A DNA stretch of 64,000 nucleotides, taken from assembly GCF_009914755.1 (NCBI RefSeq), contig NC_060926.1; one strand, written 5' to 3'. The translations under genes were made by a program, and so were the position numbers. The notes beneath the pieces were generated by a model. That model made no database searches. It worked only from the letters and a program-made list of their open reading frames with translations, and was not told where the DNA came from. The stretch comes from the human T2T-CHM13v2.0 reference genome, Homo sapiens. Shown piece by piece: positions 39,440-53,100 of the stretch (positions within the stretch are counted from its first letter, which is position 1; every line of letters begins with the position of its first letter).

Positions 39440-40065
39440 GCCCTCCTCCACGGATGCTCCATACCATGTCCTGAAGATCTTTCAGCAAGGACATCCAGCC
39501 TCGCCTCTCCCCTGCTTCCAGCCCTTCGGTGGTTCCCCATCCCTTCAGATGAACATCTCAGCTCTCTCACAGGTCACACAAGGTCATATGGCCCCCACTG
39601 GACTTTCCAGTCTCCCACTTGCTAGTCTTTGGCTACAAAAAAAAAAATGTAACTTCTCTGCATGGTACTAAGTCTTATGCCTCCACACCTTTGTATATAC
39701 CATTTCTTTTGCCTGAAATGCCCTGTCCTGTGCCCCTAACTGCTACTCAATTACCCAGAGGACTCCTATTTATCCTACAAAACCCAGTATAGATTTCACT
39801 TTTGGGAACAAGCCTTCCTGGATTGTGTGTTCTCTCCTTCACAATGATGTTGGCCCTTTCTTCTGCTATGCTTCCCTAGATCTTGTATGTGCATGTCCCT
39901 TTGTCTTCACACCATGATGCCCCTTGATGCAACTGTCCCTCCACCAGACCATGCATGAGCTCCTTAAACGCAGTATCTAAATCATCTCTGCTTCCCCAGA
40001 ACTTACTACAGGGCCTGGCACACTGTAGATGGCCATGAAAGTTTTATTAAGAAGAAATAAAAGAC
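39440..40065 (+). mobile_element. L2 fragment
   Basis: TTTGCCTGAAATGCCCT...GAGCTCCTTA...ACAGGGCCTGGCACACTGTAG near the L2 3' end. Confidence 0.55.
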
Positions 40066-40899
40066 ATACTGGAGGAGACAGCCTTTCTGCCCCCAAACTC
40101 AAAGCGATTTACAGCCATCTCCCTAAACTGGACAGGTGTGTGTTTGGTGTCTTCTCCAACCTGCTATATGTGACAGCTTTGAAGTGAGAGAACTTCCAGT
40201 TGCCTACATTTTGAACTTAGTGAATATTACAAATGATCACATTAGTGAGATAAGCATTTTGGAGGCACTTTTATTGACCCACCTAAGAAAGGCTCTAAAT
40301 GTATGCCCCAAAAACGGAGACTAGTGATTTTGCAGCCTCACAAATGGCCCACATTAGGTAGGAAGTTAATTTGATTTGCATGTCAAAGGAGCGTTATCTG
40401 GTACCTGATGTAAGACTAATTTTATTATTAAATTATCAACACTGATTTACTGAGAAATACGGTACTGCCGGGAGCTATTTTTAACCTCCCGCCTCAGCCC
40501 CACTCAGCAAACAAATCATTCTTTGAAGGACACTGCATTTGCAAAAGCGAATTAGGTGAATAAATATCCATCTATTCATGAAGTTTCTTTATTGAGAAAT
40601 AAATAAATAACAGCCCCTGAATGCCTTCATTGTCCGCCTGGCAGGTTTCCACGACGTTGACAGTGGGCACGGCGGAAAGGGCCACTGTTTGAAGTGCCAG
40701 TCCAAGAGTGAGTGGAGAGGCGCTGGCTTGGGTTCCCACCTGGGAACTGTGTGAGGCCCCGGGGCCTGGGCCAGGGCGGGGGGATTGGTAATGTCTCACC
40801 CACCCCAGGCACGAGGGCAATGGATAGGCCTGGTCCAGCTCACTGCCTGGAACATCCCACGCTCAGCGCAGAGGACACAAGCTCAACTGAAACCCGGGT

Positions 40900-41400
40900 G
40901 TCTTCGTTCTCCCACTTACTATTGCTGGGACCTTGACCGAGTTACTTAACCTTTTCGTGTCTCAGTTTTCTCATATACAAAATGGGGATAATTTCTATCA
41001 TTCTGTGGTGGTTGGGAGGATTAAATGAGATACATAACACATATAAAGCACCTGGAAAAGTTCCTGCCACATAGCAAGAACCCAGTGTGTGTTTCTTATT
41101 GTTCTAGTCTGCATCGTTATTGGGATAGGGAGAAAGGTAAGAACAGAAGTGTCCCTCAGGGGCAGCCATAAAATATCTTGGAGGAGCATGGGCCTTACAG
41201 TCAGACCTAGGTTCCATTCCAGCTCCACCTGGCAGAGCTGTGTGTCTCTGGGCAAACTACTCAACCTTTCTGTTCTTCAGATTCCAAATCAATGAGACAA
41301 GCATAATCACACCTACCACTGCAGGAGAAAATGAGATCATGAGCGTAAGCTCTGTAACATGGTGCCCGGCACTGAGTAAATGATCAATACACAATGGATG
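40900..41400 (+). mobile_element. Two adjacent MIR SINEs
   Basis: GACCTTGACCGAGTTACTTAACC...CTCAGTTTTCTCATATACAAAATGGGGATAA; second core CTGTGTGTCTCTGGGCAAACTACTCAACC. Confidence 0.7.
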
Positions 41401-41640
41401 TTTAGTAACAGGAGAGTTACTCTTATCAAGATTAATACAGTCAATTATTCCATTCCTTGAACACATTCTTAGTGCTTCCTAGTCCCTCTTTCTTCCTTTT
41501 TCTCTCAAAACCTGGTGATCGTCTGTGATAAAATGAGAAGAATCACAACTCAATAAAGTGGTTTAAAAAAATCAGAAAAAGAAAAAGAATCCTCTCTAAA
41601 GGATCCTGACTGATGCCATTGTTATTTAAACATTGATATT

Positions 41641-41927
41641 CCCTGAAGTAACCCAGGAATGGAAAACTAAATGCCTCCTGTTCTCACCTATAAGTGGGAG
41701 CTAAGCTATGGGTGCGCAAAGGCATACAGACATACGTATAACTGACATTGGAGACTCAGAAGGGGGAGCGAGGGATGGAGAGAGGATAAAAAATCTACAT
41801 ATGGGGTACAATGTATACTACTAGGGTGATGGGTGCATGCAAATCTCAGACTCCACTCCTATACAATTCATCTGTGCAACCAAAATCCACTTGTACCCCC
41901 AAAGCTACTGAAATTTTAAAAATATAT
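41641..41927 (+). mobile_element. 5'-truncated L1PB-like 3' end, inserted in a MER96B-like DNA transposon remnant (to ~42063)
   Basis: GTTCTCACCTATAAGTGGGAGCTAAGCTATG...CCACTTGTACCCCCAAAGCTA; TSD TAAA(C/T)ATTGATATT; host ends ACCCTAGTCCAGGCTCTG. Confidence 0.8.
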
Positions 41928-43335
41928 TAAATATTGATATTTTGTTCTGTCATGGGTTACAATAATCTTGATGTTTTAAATATTGCATTAAAATTATTTC
42001 TCTTAATTGGAGAGTTTTTTTGCACTCTCTTAAATTCTGCATCTTACCCTAGTCCAGGCTCTGCATAGAGACTAGAAGGAACCTCCTTGTGGGAAGAAAA
42101 GAATCTCCATTTACCTGCGGAAGTGGATGGAGGGAGACAGTGGGCAGGGAAGAAACAAGGCCAGATCATGAAAGGCCAGTCCACCAGGTTTGGGACTTGG
42201 AGGTGATTGTGTAAGTGCCGGGAGACATGGAGGTTTACTAAGCAAGCAGCTAAGAGTGATGACTATGATTTGATGGCAATCGGACTTCCTTTGCCCCATC
42301 CCTCCCGGAATGGGAACACGGGAGAGTTAATCAGGAAAACCCTAACTGAGCCCCTGGTCCCCTGCAGCTGCTGGCAAACCCCCATTAACCACTGGCTTCT
42401 CACACAGTGGAAACAATTACTTGCTGTTTGAGGGTTTGGACCATGGGGTCCCTAACTTGGCAGCCCCATTAGTCCAGGGATATGAAAGAAGGTAGCTGGC
42501 AGTAATGACTAGTTAGCCAGCTTCACAAACACAAATCCCACAGGCAACCTCCCACGGCTGGCCCTCCGGTCCTGCAGCTCGGCGTGGAAAGCACCTACTC
42601 CTCTCTGCCAGCCTCCTCACATGCACCAGGCTGGGCAGTGGCCTTGCTTGTTCATTTCCGCAAGAAGCCCCCATCATGAGTTACTGAGCAGCAGAAACAG
42701 AGTAAGACACAGGCCCTCTGCTGTGATGCAAGTTCCTCCTTCTACATCCAGACCTCCCAACATGGGTGATGACTATAGTGCAGAAGCTGTGAAGTGTCCC
42801 TCGAAAAATGGGGGTACATAGGCAAGGTACAGCCCACAGGGTGGCCAGCCAAGCAAAGGGTGCAACTTGTGGCCAGGGGCCAAGCAAGGGCTCAGGCAAA
42901 CACCACACATGGCACATGGTGCCACCAACTCAAGGCATGAGGACATGAGGCATGCGCAGTGCCAGACCTGCTATCCTGCAGGAGTTGCAGGAAGCACCTC
43001 GAGAGAGAAGCCAGGCCCCTCATGTATTTGTAGGAAAGCTCTTGAGCTTGACTCGGGATTTCTGCCACACCACTAGGGAGCTTCTTGTTCTCTGATGCCA
43101 GTCACCTGGGCCTGTCAGAGGCTGTCATGCTAGCTGCTGGGCTAGCTCACTCACGGGGAGCCAGGCGAGAGCCCTATGCCTGCCTCTCTTAGAAAGTGGC
43201 TGTTTGGAGAAAGCGAAGAAGGGATGGGCAGTGGCTTCTAGAAGCTCTGCCGCCGGACTGGGAGATTTTTTGGATAGAGAGCATCTCATTCCCAGCACCT
43301 ACATAGGGTTAGCATACAGCTGTGCACTGACTACA

Positions 43336-43467
43336 TGGATGATGGATGAGTAGGTGGATGTATGTATGTATGTATGTATGTATGGATGGATGGATGGATG
43401 GATGGATGGATAGATAGATGGATGGATAGATAGATGAATAGATGGATAGATGGATGGATGAGTAGAT
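43336..43467. repeat. Compound (GGAT)/(GTAT)/(GATA)n tetranucleotide repeat
   Basis: Read directly. Confidence 0.92.
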
Positions 43468-44354
43468 GCTCTAGCTAATGTATCCAGGATGCTATGGGAG
43501 ATAGCATTTCCAGGGCTGGGATACAGCCCTGGAAAGTGATCTGCTCTAACTGCCTGACAGAGAGGTGGGAATCTATATGCTTGCTCTGTCTCCCATCATG
43601 TTTACCATGTTCAGACCCCTCACTTTGAACTATCAGAAGCCCTGAGAAGCAGAGAAGACTGACTGGGAGGCTATTCTCAGTAGAGTTGTTAACCAGCCAT
43701 GAGACCCTGGACTGGTCACTTCATTTGTCTTAGCCTCAGTCTCCTCTACTGAGGGGAGATGGGGATGTTATAATTGTATGTCCAGTGACCACAGTCCTTG
43801 CAGAAATCCACTGGGAAGGAGCACAGGAGCTATCTGTAATTCCACATGCTGGTGAGTGTGGGGGCTGGCATGTCACTACAAATGAGGGAATGAATGGCTG
43901 CCAATGCCCTTCAGAAAGAATCGAGTGGTATTACAATGTTAAGTTGTTGCTGCTGCATGTGCAGTTATCTGCATCTGTGATTCCAGAACACCATTATTTG
44001 GGGTCTTTTAGGCAACTCAGGGACCCTTCTAACTTCCAGCTCCTGCCCTGAGATGTTTCTTCTCCCCAGTCCCTCCCTCCCCCATCATTCAACACTCAGC
44101 CCTGGACACCTCCTATCCCCATGTGACCCCACCCCAAATACAAACTCCAAACACACTTCAAAGAGAGTCAGCAATGAAGTTTATTATGTGTGTTGGAGGC
44201 AGGGAGTTGGGAAAAGCGGAACCAATCAATGGCATAAAGCTCTTCTATCTTTCTACTGAGAGGCAAGAAGGGCTCAAACACCCCCAAGAGTGTTCTGAGC
44301 CAGATACACAACCATTGCAATTGACACTGTTGTGTCCCCATAGGTACAGCACAC

Positions 44355-44377
44355 CACACACACACACACACACACAC
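44355..44377. repeat. (CA)n microsatellite
   Basis: Read directly. Confidence 0.9.
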
Positions 44378-46747
44378 TCCATCCCACACACAAACATCCC
44401 TCCCACAATACATCCCTCCTGTCACACACATAAGTCACATCTCCCTCCATGTATGTGCATGCCATATGCACACCAATGCACACAGCCCAACACACGTGTA
44501 GAGAGAAAGGCTCCAGAAAACCCTTCCCCGAGGCAAGCTCACCTCCAGGACTGTGATTGTGTTTCCCTCCCTGCCAGAATGGCCTCCTCCTGGTCCCCTC
44601 CAAAGAGCTGGAGGCATCTGCACCGCTTTGTTTCTCCTCTCCTGGCTTTACCCTGGGCTCAGTGGCTCTCTGGAGTGATGTCGGCTCCCTGTTCTGGGTG
44701 GGATATCCCCTGCCCTGGGCCCTGGTCTGGCTCCTGTCTTTTACAGAGTTCATGTGGGACTGGGCCTTATCTCAGGACATTTTGTACCCCAGGGCCCGGC
44801 ACTGCGTTCAGTGTAGATGTAGGCACTTAATAATTGTTTGGAGAATGAATATGGAACCAAGGGATTTCCAAAGTGTGTGAGTTTTTTCTGCTCAGCCTCA
44901 TTGCCAGCTCCCTAAGGAGCTTAATGACCACACTTACATGACAAACCCCAACTGATGGGCCACCACCTCCTGGAAGCCCTCCTGACCACCCCAGCCCTTC
45001 TCAGGACCTCTCATTTCCACATAGAGGTTCCCTGTGCCCAGATCAGCCATCGGGTCAGCCCTTCCCCAAGTATCCATAGAGTGGATCAAGACACACTGCA
45101 GCACCTCTGTCGTGCAAAAAGGAAGGGCTTTATGGCCACACAAACCTGGGCTGCAACTCAGCCTCCACCACCTCTTAGCTGTGGAGCTGGAGCACAGCTG
45201 AGTTAACTTCTCAAGTCTCGGGGCCCTCGCCTGTGAGATGGGAAGAATAACACCCATTTTGCAGGACTTCAGGGAGTTTTAAATGAGGGCATGCAAGTCA
45301 CAGGCACCTCTCAGTAGGTACCTGACAAACAGGAGTGAGTACTATTGTTGTTATCATTGACAATTACTATTCTTGTTACCAACCAGACTGAAAGAGAGTG
45401 ACAACCATTCCCCCCACCATGGTGCTGGGCACACAGTGGACACCCAGTAATCAGGTTTTATGTGAAACATGTGGCAAAGCTGGCTTTCACAATCTGCAGG
45501 CCACCAGACAGCTCCCACTGGACTCCATGCCCTTGAGCAGCATCTGGGTTTCCCACGTATGCCTCATGGAGCTGGGAAAGAAAACAGAAACCAGCCTTCC
45601 AAGGCTTGTAAGCTCCATATTGATCCCGTGGAGGCAGGGCAGGTCTTGAAAGAGGGCCGCAGCTTGGACTGCATGCTCTCAATGTACCCTCCTGAATGGG
45701 CTCTGCTGAGCACACCCCCTACCCAACCCTGACCTCAGAGCTTTAGTGGGATTAGCAGGCATTCTTACTATGCATAGCAAGAGGCCCTGAACCACTGGGC
45801 TGTGTATGCCAATTTGAAATCAGGCTGCGATGGAGTTGGGCCGTCAATGGGAGTTTGCATATTCATGTGGCAGAGCCCTGAGACTTAGTCACAGCTCCAG
45901 GCCCAATTACGCAGGGGCTTATTAGCCTGGGATTTAACAAGGGAGCCCCAACAGGATCTGCACAGTCATCAGTCTTAAGTTGCACAAGCATTCCCAGCAC
46001 GTACTGGGACCTGCGAGGGCCAGTGCTAAAGTAGGTGAGAGACCAAGGCATGAACAGTGGAAAGGGCACTGGGTTGAATTCTGGCTGTGACATATATAAC
46101 CACCATTGAAAACGGCCTCTCGCTTCCTCATCTGTGAAATGGGTACAATTATCACTCATCTTCACCTCACAGGGTTACTGAAAGGACTGTAGACATGTTT
46201 GAAAAATGCCCTTGGTGTCTCCTAACACACAGGCATGCTCATAAATGCCAGCTACTGACACTAAAATCCTGCCCTTTCTCACTCAGGAGAAAATGAAGAG
46301 ATCCCTAATCATTATCTCAATACCACCACCACATACTAACCCCAGGTCTCAAGCACTTATTCTGTATCCCATACTGTTACGACATCTCATTAATTCTCCC
46401 AATTACCCATGTGGTAGGAGGACTGGTCCCATTTTATAGATGGGGAAAAGAGAGGTTCAGCAAGTTAAATAATCTGTTAAATTATTGCGGAGCTAGTTCA
46501 TGGTAAAGGTGGATTTGAATCCACCAAGTTCAAAGACCACAGTTGAGTTCCTCCAACCATCAGTAGCTTGGACAAGTAGCCAGGTGGTGTAGTTGGCAAA
46601 GTGACTCTTTCAAAATAAATGTTTAAGTGCTGATGACAACTAACTTTTATGGAACACTTCCCGGTGACATCGCTGACATCCATTAGCTCATTCACTCTTC
46701 ACATTAGTCTTGTAGAATAGGCAGCATTTTACAGAAAAGGAAACCCT

Positions 46748-46878
46748 GTACCAGGTGCAGTTGTTCGTGCCTGTAATCCCAACAACTTAGGAGACCAAGG
46801 TGGGAGGATTGCTCAAGGCTAGGAGTTCAAGGCCAGCTTAGGCAACATAGCAAGATTTCATCTCTACAAAAAGAAGAA
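46748..46878 (+). mobile_element. Alu monomer (FLAM-like) inserted in a MIR
   Basis: Single arm CCTGTAATCCCAAC...GGAGTTCAAGGCCAGC...TCTCTACAAAAA; TSD AGAA(A/G)AGGAAACC. Confidence 0.85.
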
Positions 46879-48954
46879 GAGGAAACCATGGCTCAGAGAG
46901 GTTCTATGACAAGCCTCAGATAACCAGCAGGCTGGTAGGGAAGACAGAGAATTGGATTACTAAAAGCAGGACCTTTGACGTCAGATAGACCTGGGCTTCA
47001 ATCTTCAGGCTCTCCTTTGCTGTGTGACCTTCAGCAAATCACTAGCCCTCCCTGTGCCTCAGTTTTGATCCTCTCACAGCGTGACCGAGAGAACTGTTGA
47101 GATATTTAACTTGCTGCATCTCACTTTACTCCATTGTTGAGATTAAGCAAGATAACACAGATAAAGGACTCAACTCAAATTTTTTAAATGGTTAAAATCA
47201 CTTTTTGTCTCCTCTCTTTACTCTGCATTGTGACCTGGTTGATTTTAAAGGGCTGGGCTATTTTGGTGCACTCCGCTGCTGCCCACTGCTCAGTCTGGTT
47301 GCAGGGCACACGTCAGATGACCAGTGTGGCCTGGCATCCTGGTGTCTGCGTCAGTCTCTTCAGCTGGCCTGGAGTTACCAGGCATTGGAGCAGAACATCC
47401 CGCCCTTCCCTGTCTCCTTCCCCCACCATCAGGCACAGTGCAGCAGGGAAGAGGCGTCAGAGCCCTGCCCCGGACACAGGAACTGGAAGTAAAGAGAGAA
47501 AAGAAGAGGGAAACAGAGCCATTCTGCAAAACTCAGGCCTGGGGACCTGGGGACACAGCTGAGGAGCCAAGTGGGAGCTGAGTTCCTGGGCAAGCAGACA
47601 CACACCATCAAGAAGCACAGCTCTACCAATCCCAGTCACCCAAGAGCCAAATCAAGGGTAGCACTCTTCCTAGGAAATCCTGGGGATGGTCAGGGTGCCT
47701 GCGTCTGGCTGCCTCCACCCTCCCTCGGATATAATTGCATCTTTAACAAGGCTTCAACATAGGCAGCAGCCAGGTGTGTAGTGTGGGGTGGCGGGTAGAT
47801 ACCTCATTCTCCAAGCATACTGGGCTCCTCCCTAACTGGAGCCACCCCACACACACCACACACATACAACCCCAAGGAGTGCCCTTCCTTCTCCCTGTGC
47901 CAACAGAGGCAACACTGGACCGGCTGGAGTCAATCTTTCTTTAATTTACTCAGTTCTAGAAGAGGGGCTACTGAGTATAGGAAATATACCACAAGGTAGA
48001 AATCAAGGGCAGAATCATCTGTACATTGGATAAAGACCTTGTTTATACTGATTTGGAAATAAAGTAGTACTTTCCCACATGAAGGCAGAACACATAAGTG
48101 AAAGAGGAAGCTATCAGCAGACTCTTCCTCCACTAGACCAGGGAATGCTGGAAGCAGCTCACAGACCCAGTGGTGGAAGATTTGTTCCTCCTATTAAAGG
48201 TCATCATCAACAGTACAATGAATGCACCTCGGTCAAAAGAAACAGGGGCTCTATGTGCACCGCTGAGTTGTCCGAGAGTAAGCATGAAGGGGGACCCAGG
48301 TGTGGAGCAGTGTTTAGAATTTTACACTCTGCGTGTTCAGAGCCACACATATGGGCATTCTAAAAGTCTGAAAGAATACAAGTCAAGCTGTTAACAAATT
48401 GTCTCTGGGGAAGGACATTGCAGTAAGGGAGAGGGAATTTTTGCTCTTTTATATTTCTCTGTGTTGTTTGGATTTTTTGCTACTGCATATTATGTCAACA
48501 ATTTTTCAAAAGATGTTTTTCGTTTCAAGAAAATGAAAGAATCCTCACAGCAAAAGCACCAACCAAGGGACCCTACTGGAAATGAGGCTACTGCCCAAGA
48601 AGCTCCAGAATACAGAGGGTCATCCCCAAGGCCCCAAGGGGGAGGCTAAAGCAGCCCAGAAGCTGCAGTATGGCAGTGGTCATAAGCTTGTGTCAGCTAG
48701 AAGGTTTTGGTCATTCCTAAAGATGTAACCAGGGACCCAAAGATTGTAATAAATGCACCTTTACATATATCTGCCCCCTTTCACCCCAACCTTAAAAACT
48801 CGGGGCTAGGGGTGACAGTGGGGGATAGATGGAGACTCATTGGTTAGAAAGCAGTGATTCAGCTTGCTGGGACAACCCCCTATGATCCCATTGTGAAGTC
48901 AAAATGTTTTCAAGATTTACCTTCTCAAGATCCCCCAGGATGCCTCCATCCCTC

Positions 48955-49330
48955 TATCCATCCATTCTGAAACTATTTATTGAGCACCTACTGTGTGCCA
49001 GGCACCATTAGAAGTGCTGGGGGCAGAGAATATTCTCTGGTGGCCCACACAGACACCAGGTAGCGCCCTTGTGAAGTCTACAGTCCATGGGGAAGACAGA
49101 CCACCTGACACAGGATTACAACAGTGTCATAACTGCCATGCAGAGAGGCTCTCAGCAGGGTTCTCTGGCCCCCAGGGTGGGGAGAAGAGAAGCCATGGAG
49201 CACCAGGGCTGTGGGGGGACTACTGGAAATCATGTGCCAGCTGAGCCCTGAAAGAGTGAGAGCTAACCTGGAGAAGAGGGTTCCAGGTAGAGGAAAGAGC
49301 ATGACTGGCACACAGAACAGTAAGAAAGGG
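48955..49330 (-). mobile_element. L2 fragment
   Basis: TATTTATTGAGCACCTACTGTGTGCCAGGCAC antisense L2 3' end. Confidence 0.7.
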
Positions 49331-50108
49331 AGAGCAAGAAGCCAGGGACCAATGGATTGCAATGTTAGGAAAGGGGGGCACTTCCTTTCAAGGCCTCCAG
49401 AAAAACCCTTGGGCACTGGCTGCACCCACAGAGTGCTTGATGGGGAATCCTGTTTCTAGAAACGCACCCACATTGTGGTTTGTCTTTTAAGGTCTCGCCT
49501 CCCTGCTCCACCCATATTCCCTAAAGGGCCTGGGCTCTGGGGTCACACAGACCTTGGCACCAGTCCCGGCCCTTACTTTGGGGAAGTCACTTCACCTCTC
49601 TGAATCTCAGTTTCCTCATCTGTAAAATGGGACTAATAGTCAGACCGACTTCATAGGGGTGTTGGGAGGACACAATGTGCCCTATCACCAATTCCTAACA
49701 CATCATGAGGTCTTTAAAAATCAAAATTCAGCTTTTTATGCTTTGCCAGGAGAGGTAAGTATTGAGCAGATGACAGGCCCATGTGGCTCATAACACTATT
49801 CAATGTACTGGTGTGTATTTTTGAAATTAGTAGGATAAAATGCTTTAAACTACTTCTCATATTTTGTGCTGCAACTGCTGCTATGCTCTATGCTCCTTCA
49901 TGGAGGGGAATTCGAATATAGCAATAACAAGAGACCAAAACATTCCCCCAAAATTCCTCTTTTCCATCTGCCGAGTCTGTCCCCCCTGATACTCAGAGGG
50001 GCCCCAGAGAGACCCCGCCCCACCGGGCCCATCCTGATACTGAGTTGGCACCAATGCCAACATCAGTCTCCAAAATCAGGTGTAAGAAGAAAACCTGGGA
50101 ACTTCAGC

Positions 50109-50118
50109 TTTATTTATT
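50109..50118 (-). terminator. Candidate distal poly(A) signal (overlapping AATAAA x2)
   Basis: Plus TTTATTTATT = minus AATAAATAAA, followed on minus by a U-rich tract GTTTTTCTTCTT. Confidence 0.45.
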
Positions 50119-53100
50119 TTCAGTCTGAAAAAGGTAAGAGGAATCATGCATTATAAATTCTTAAAACGTAAACTGAAACTGTGCACTCCAAGAATTAAAG
50201 TACTCAGGCTCACCTGTGACTCAGAAAAGAATATCTCTTCAGGCCTAAGATTCTGGGAAATGGCAAGCTGAAGGGAAACGGCCCTTGAATTAACCCTAGT
50301 CTCTTTTTGCTCCAGTGAAAAGAAACTGGTTTCCAAACTTGGTTAGCCAGCTGGAACATAGATACTGACTTGAATGTGCAGGTCCTTTGATGAACGTAAA
50401 TACAAAAAGATGGAACAATGTAAAAGTGTAGACTGACAATGGTATACAGAAATTATTTGTAAGTTAAGTAAATATATTGGTTGTGAGTGCTCAAAAACTG
50501 TTTAACCAGTAGAACTGTATGATCAGAGAAGTCTGGAGCAACGAGTCTGTGCAGTGGCCCCTCTGGTGGCATCACAGCCTGATGCAGAGGGGGACCTGGA
50601 TGTTTTGTCTGGGGTGCCCAAAAGAGCCATCTGCTCACACAGATAGGAGAGAAAGGTAGCAGAAGGCATAACTTCTATCAGGATTTCTGGGGCCAGGTGT
50701 GTATCTCATGCACTTAGGCAGTCCTGAATGATAGTCGCAGAGATGCTGGCTTTGAGAATGGGGAAGTGCTCTCCCACCAATCAGAGGTAGCCAATGCTCA
50801 CTTCACTAAACTACACTTGCAGGATGGCCCCCTCCTCAGTGCTACCTAGAGGAGAAAAGGGAGAGCTGTTCTAAGAGAAAGTGGTCAGCAGGCCCTGAGG
50901 AGAGGAGACTGGAGGGGAGGGGAGTTGCTGGTCAAGACAGACAGGTCCCAATGGAGCATTTGGAGTTGGTGACGTAAGGCCCCAATGGGCCATCAGCACT
51001 GGCTAGGCTTTTCAGCCAAATTCCTCAGGAGTGGGAACCTCTGTCTGGGGTGCTCTCTGGGGGGGCTGCCTGGGCCAAAGAAGCTGGCTGTTCTCATCTG
51101 ACCCTCTGGAGGATGCTGCCATGTCTTATATCAGAGGAAGGGGTGGGAAGTGTGCCCCACCTATGTGCTCTCCTCTCAAAGGCCTGAGAACCCTGGGAGT
51201 TGGACCTGCCCCTTCTGTGCAGGCAAACAGGGGCAAAATCTGTAGGTCTGAGTTCAAGTTGCAGCTCAGACTCTTATAAGCTTTGTGCACTTGGGCAAGT
51301 CATGGACCTCTCTAAGCCCCAATTTCTCTGCCTCCCAAATGGACAGAATAATATCTCTCCAACTTCTGGGATGATGCCAGTATGATAATCCCAAACCAAG
51401 AACGTAATTAGAAAAGGGACCCAAAAGCAATTAGGAAATTAAACTAATATGTTATGATTATAATTGATAGTAAGTCCCTACTCAACTGGAGACAAGGGTA
51501 AGTGTCTGGCGCAAAGGGTTTCTTGCATTCCACATGCACCCCAAGACTGATGGCACCATGACGGTGACAATGGTGGGAAGCCTGCCTCCCCACTCCACCC
51601 TGCCCCCTTCCAATAGAGTCCTCTGGACAGATGATGGTGTCATGGACCTCGGTGGGCCATGAGGGGCCTGCCTGGGACCTGGAAGGTGTGCATACGCAGA
51701 GAGATTGTTCCTGAGCTTGCTAGCTCCTGCCACGCCGTACCTCCCATCCGCCGCCTCATCAATCCATCATCCTCTTAGCAGCTGACACCTCTGGCAGCAC
51801 CTCCGGCAGCCCGGGCATTAGAATTGCAAGAAGCCCCGGCTGCACCAGGGAATACAGATGGAGGAATCTCAGATTCAAATTTGTCTAAGTATTGTGAGCA
51901 GTCAGACCCAGGCAAGGCATCTCCACTGCCCTTCTGCCAAAGGGGAGTGACAGGGGTTTTGTTAGAAGTACAAATTGCTTCTTAATGCAGAGGATAAAGC
52001 TGGGTTCAGGCACCTCCTTAGAAATTCCTCCTGCTCCCAGGAAAGCCACCACTGCATGTCAATTTTAATTTTTGAAATTTAAACCAAGGGCTTTGTGTCT
52101 AAGCTCCATCTCATCGGAGGAAGGGGAGGAATAAGTCAAAAAGGATTAGGTGCCCGCTGGGGATTGCAGATCCATAGCAATTAGACTTCATTTGGGTCTC
52201 AGACATTTGGTTTTAATCACATTTCTGGATGACACAATCAACAAAGCATCAGAAATTGATACCTATGCAACTGTAGATGGGCCTGACTCTGCCCTTCCCA
52301 GTTCCTGGGCTCAGCTGGGTTAGGGATCCACAATCAGCAGGAGTGGGGTGGGGTGGGGAATTGGGGTTGGGATTACTAGGTCTGGAACTGGGGGAGGGGA
52401 TGGCAGTATGTATATATGTGTTTCCTCCCATTCTCTTTGAGTACTTTATCCCTGGACTCAAAGCAGACATAATCATTGCTCATATTGAAAAGAATGACAA
52501 TAAAACATTATTCAAACAAAATAAGAGCAAAAAGGAATAGCGACAGCAACAGGACTCAAGGCAGGGGGTATAGTTGTCTTTTAAATGGGAATCACAGCTT
52601 TCAGCATTCTCCAGGAACTAAAGTCGAGCACAAAGCAATTTGGGGCCAGAAATGCAGCATGAACATTGTCACACACCACACTGACATGGACTTATGAATA
52701 TAAGTGTGTGTACATGTGTAATGTGGATTACGTGAGGACAATCACAACATCACATCCACATAGGAGATACACACACACGCACACAATCTCCAGCTTTACA
52801 CAGATACACACACCCTGGGGTTGCCTTTTTGTGTATACTCACACATTTCTTTTCACACAACCCGTAAAAGTGACCTCAGTAAGCACTAACAGGTTGCTGG
52901 GAGCTGACTGGTTATTTTGTACATAACTTTGTTGTAACTCAGTGATCTGACAACAAAAAAAAAGTAAAAAGAAAAAAATCAAAACCATGCGGGGTGTTTT
53001 CCTAACTTGTGTGTGTGTAGAATGCTGATGGGACACCAAACACACACACTCAGGTTCAGAGCAGGCACCCCAAATCGCATGCATAAGGGAAGGGAAGCCC

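Noticed and set aside
50551-50572. CTCF-like GCCACCAGAGGGGCC (and CCGCCAGGGGGAA near 56480)
   Set aside because: Mismatch at the highly conserved C of the GGC core; too weak to call without ChIP data
52345-52371. G4 motif GGGGTGGGGTGGGGAATTGGGGTTGGG
   Set aside because: Real motif but common; on the plus strand, so it would not be an RNA G4 in a C1QL2 transcript
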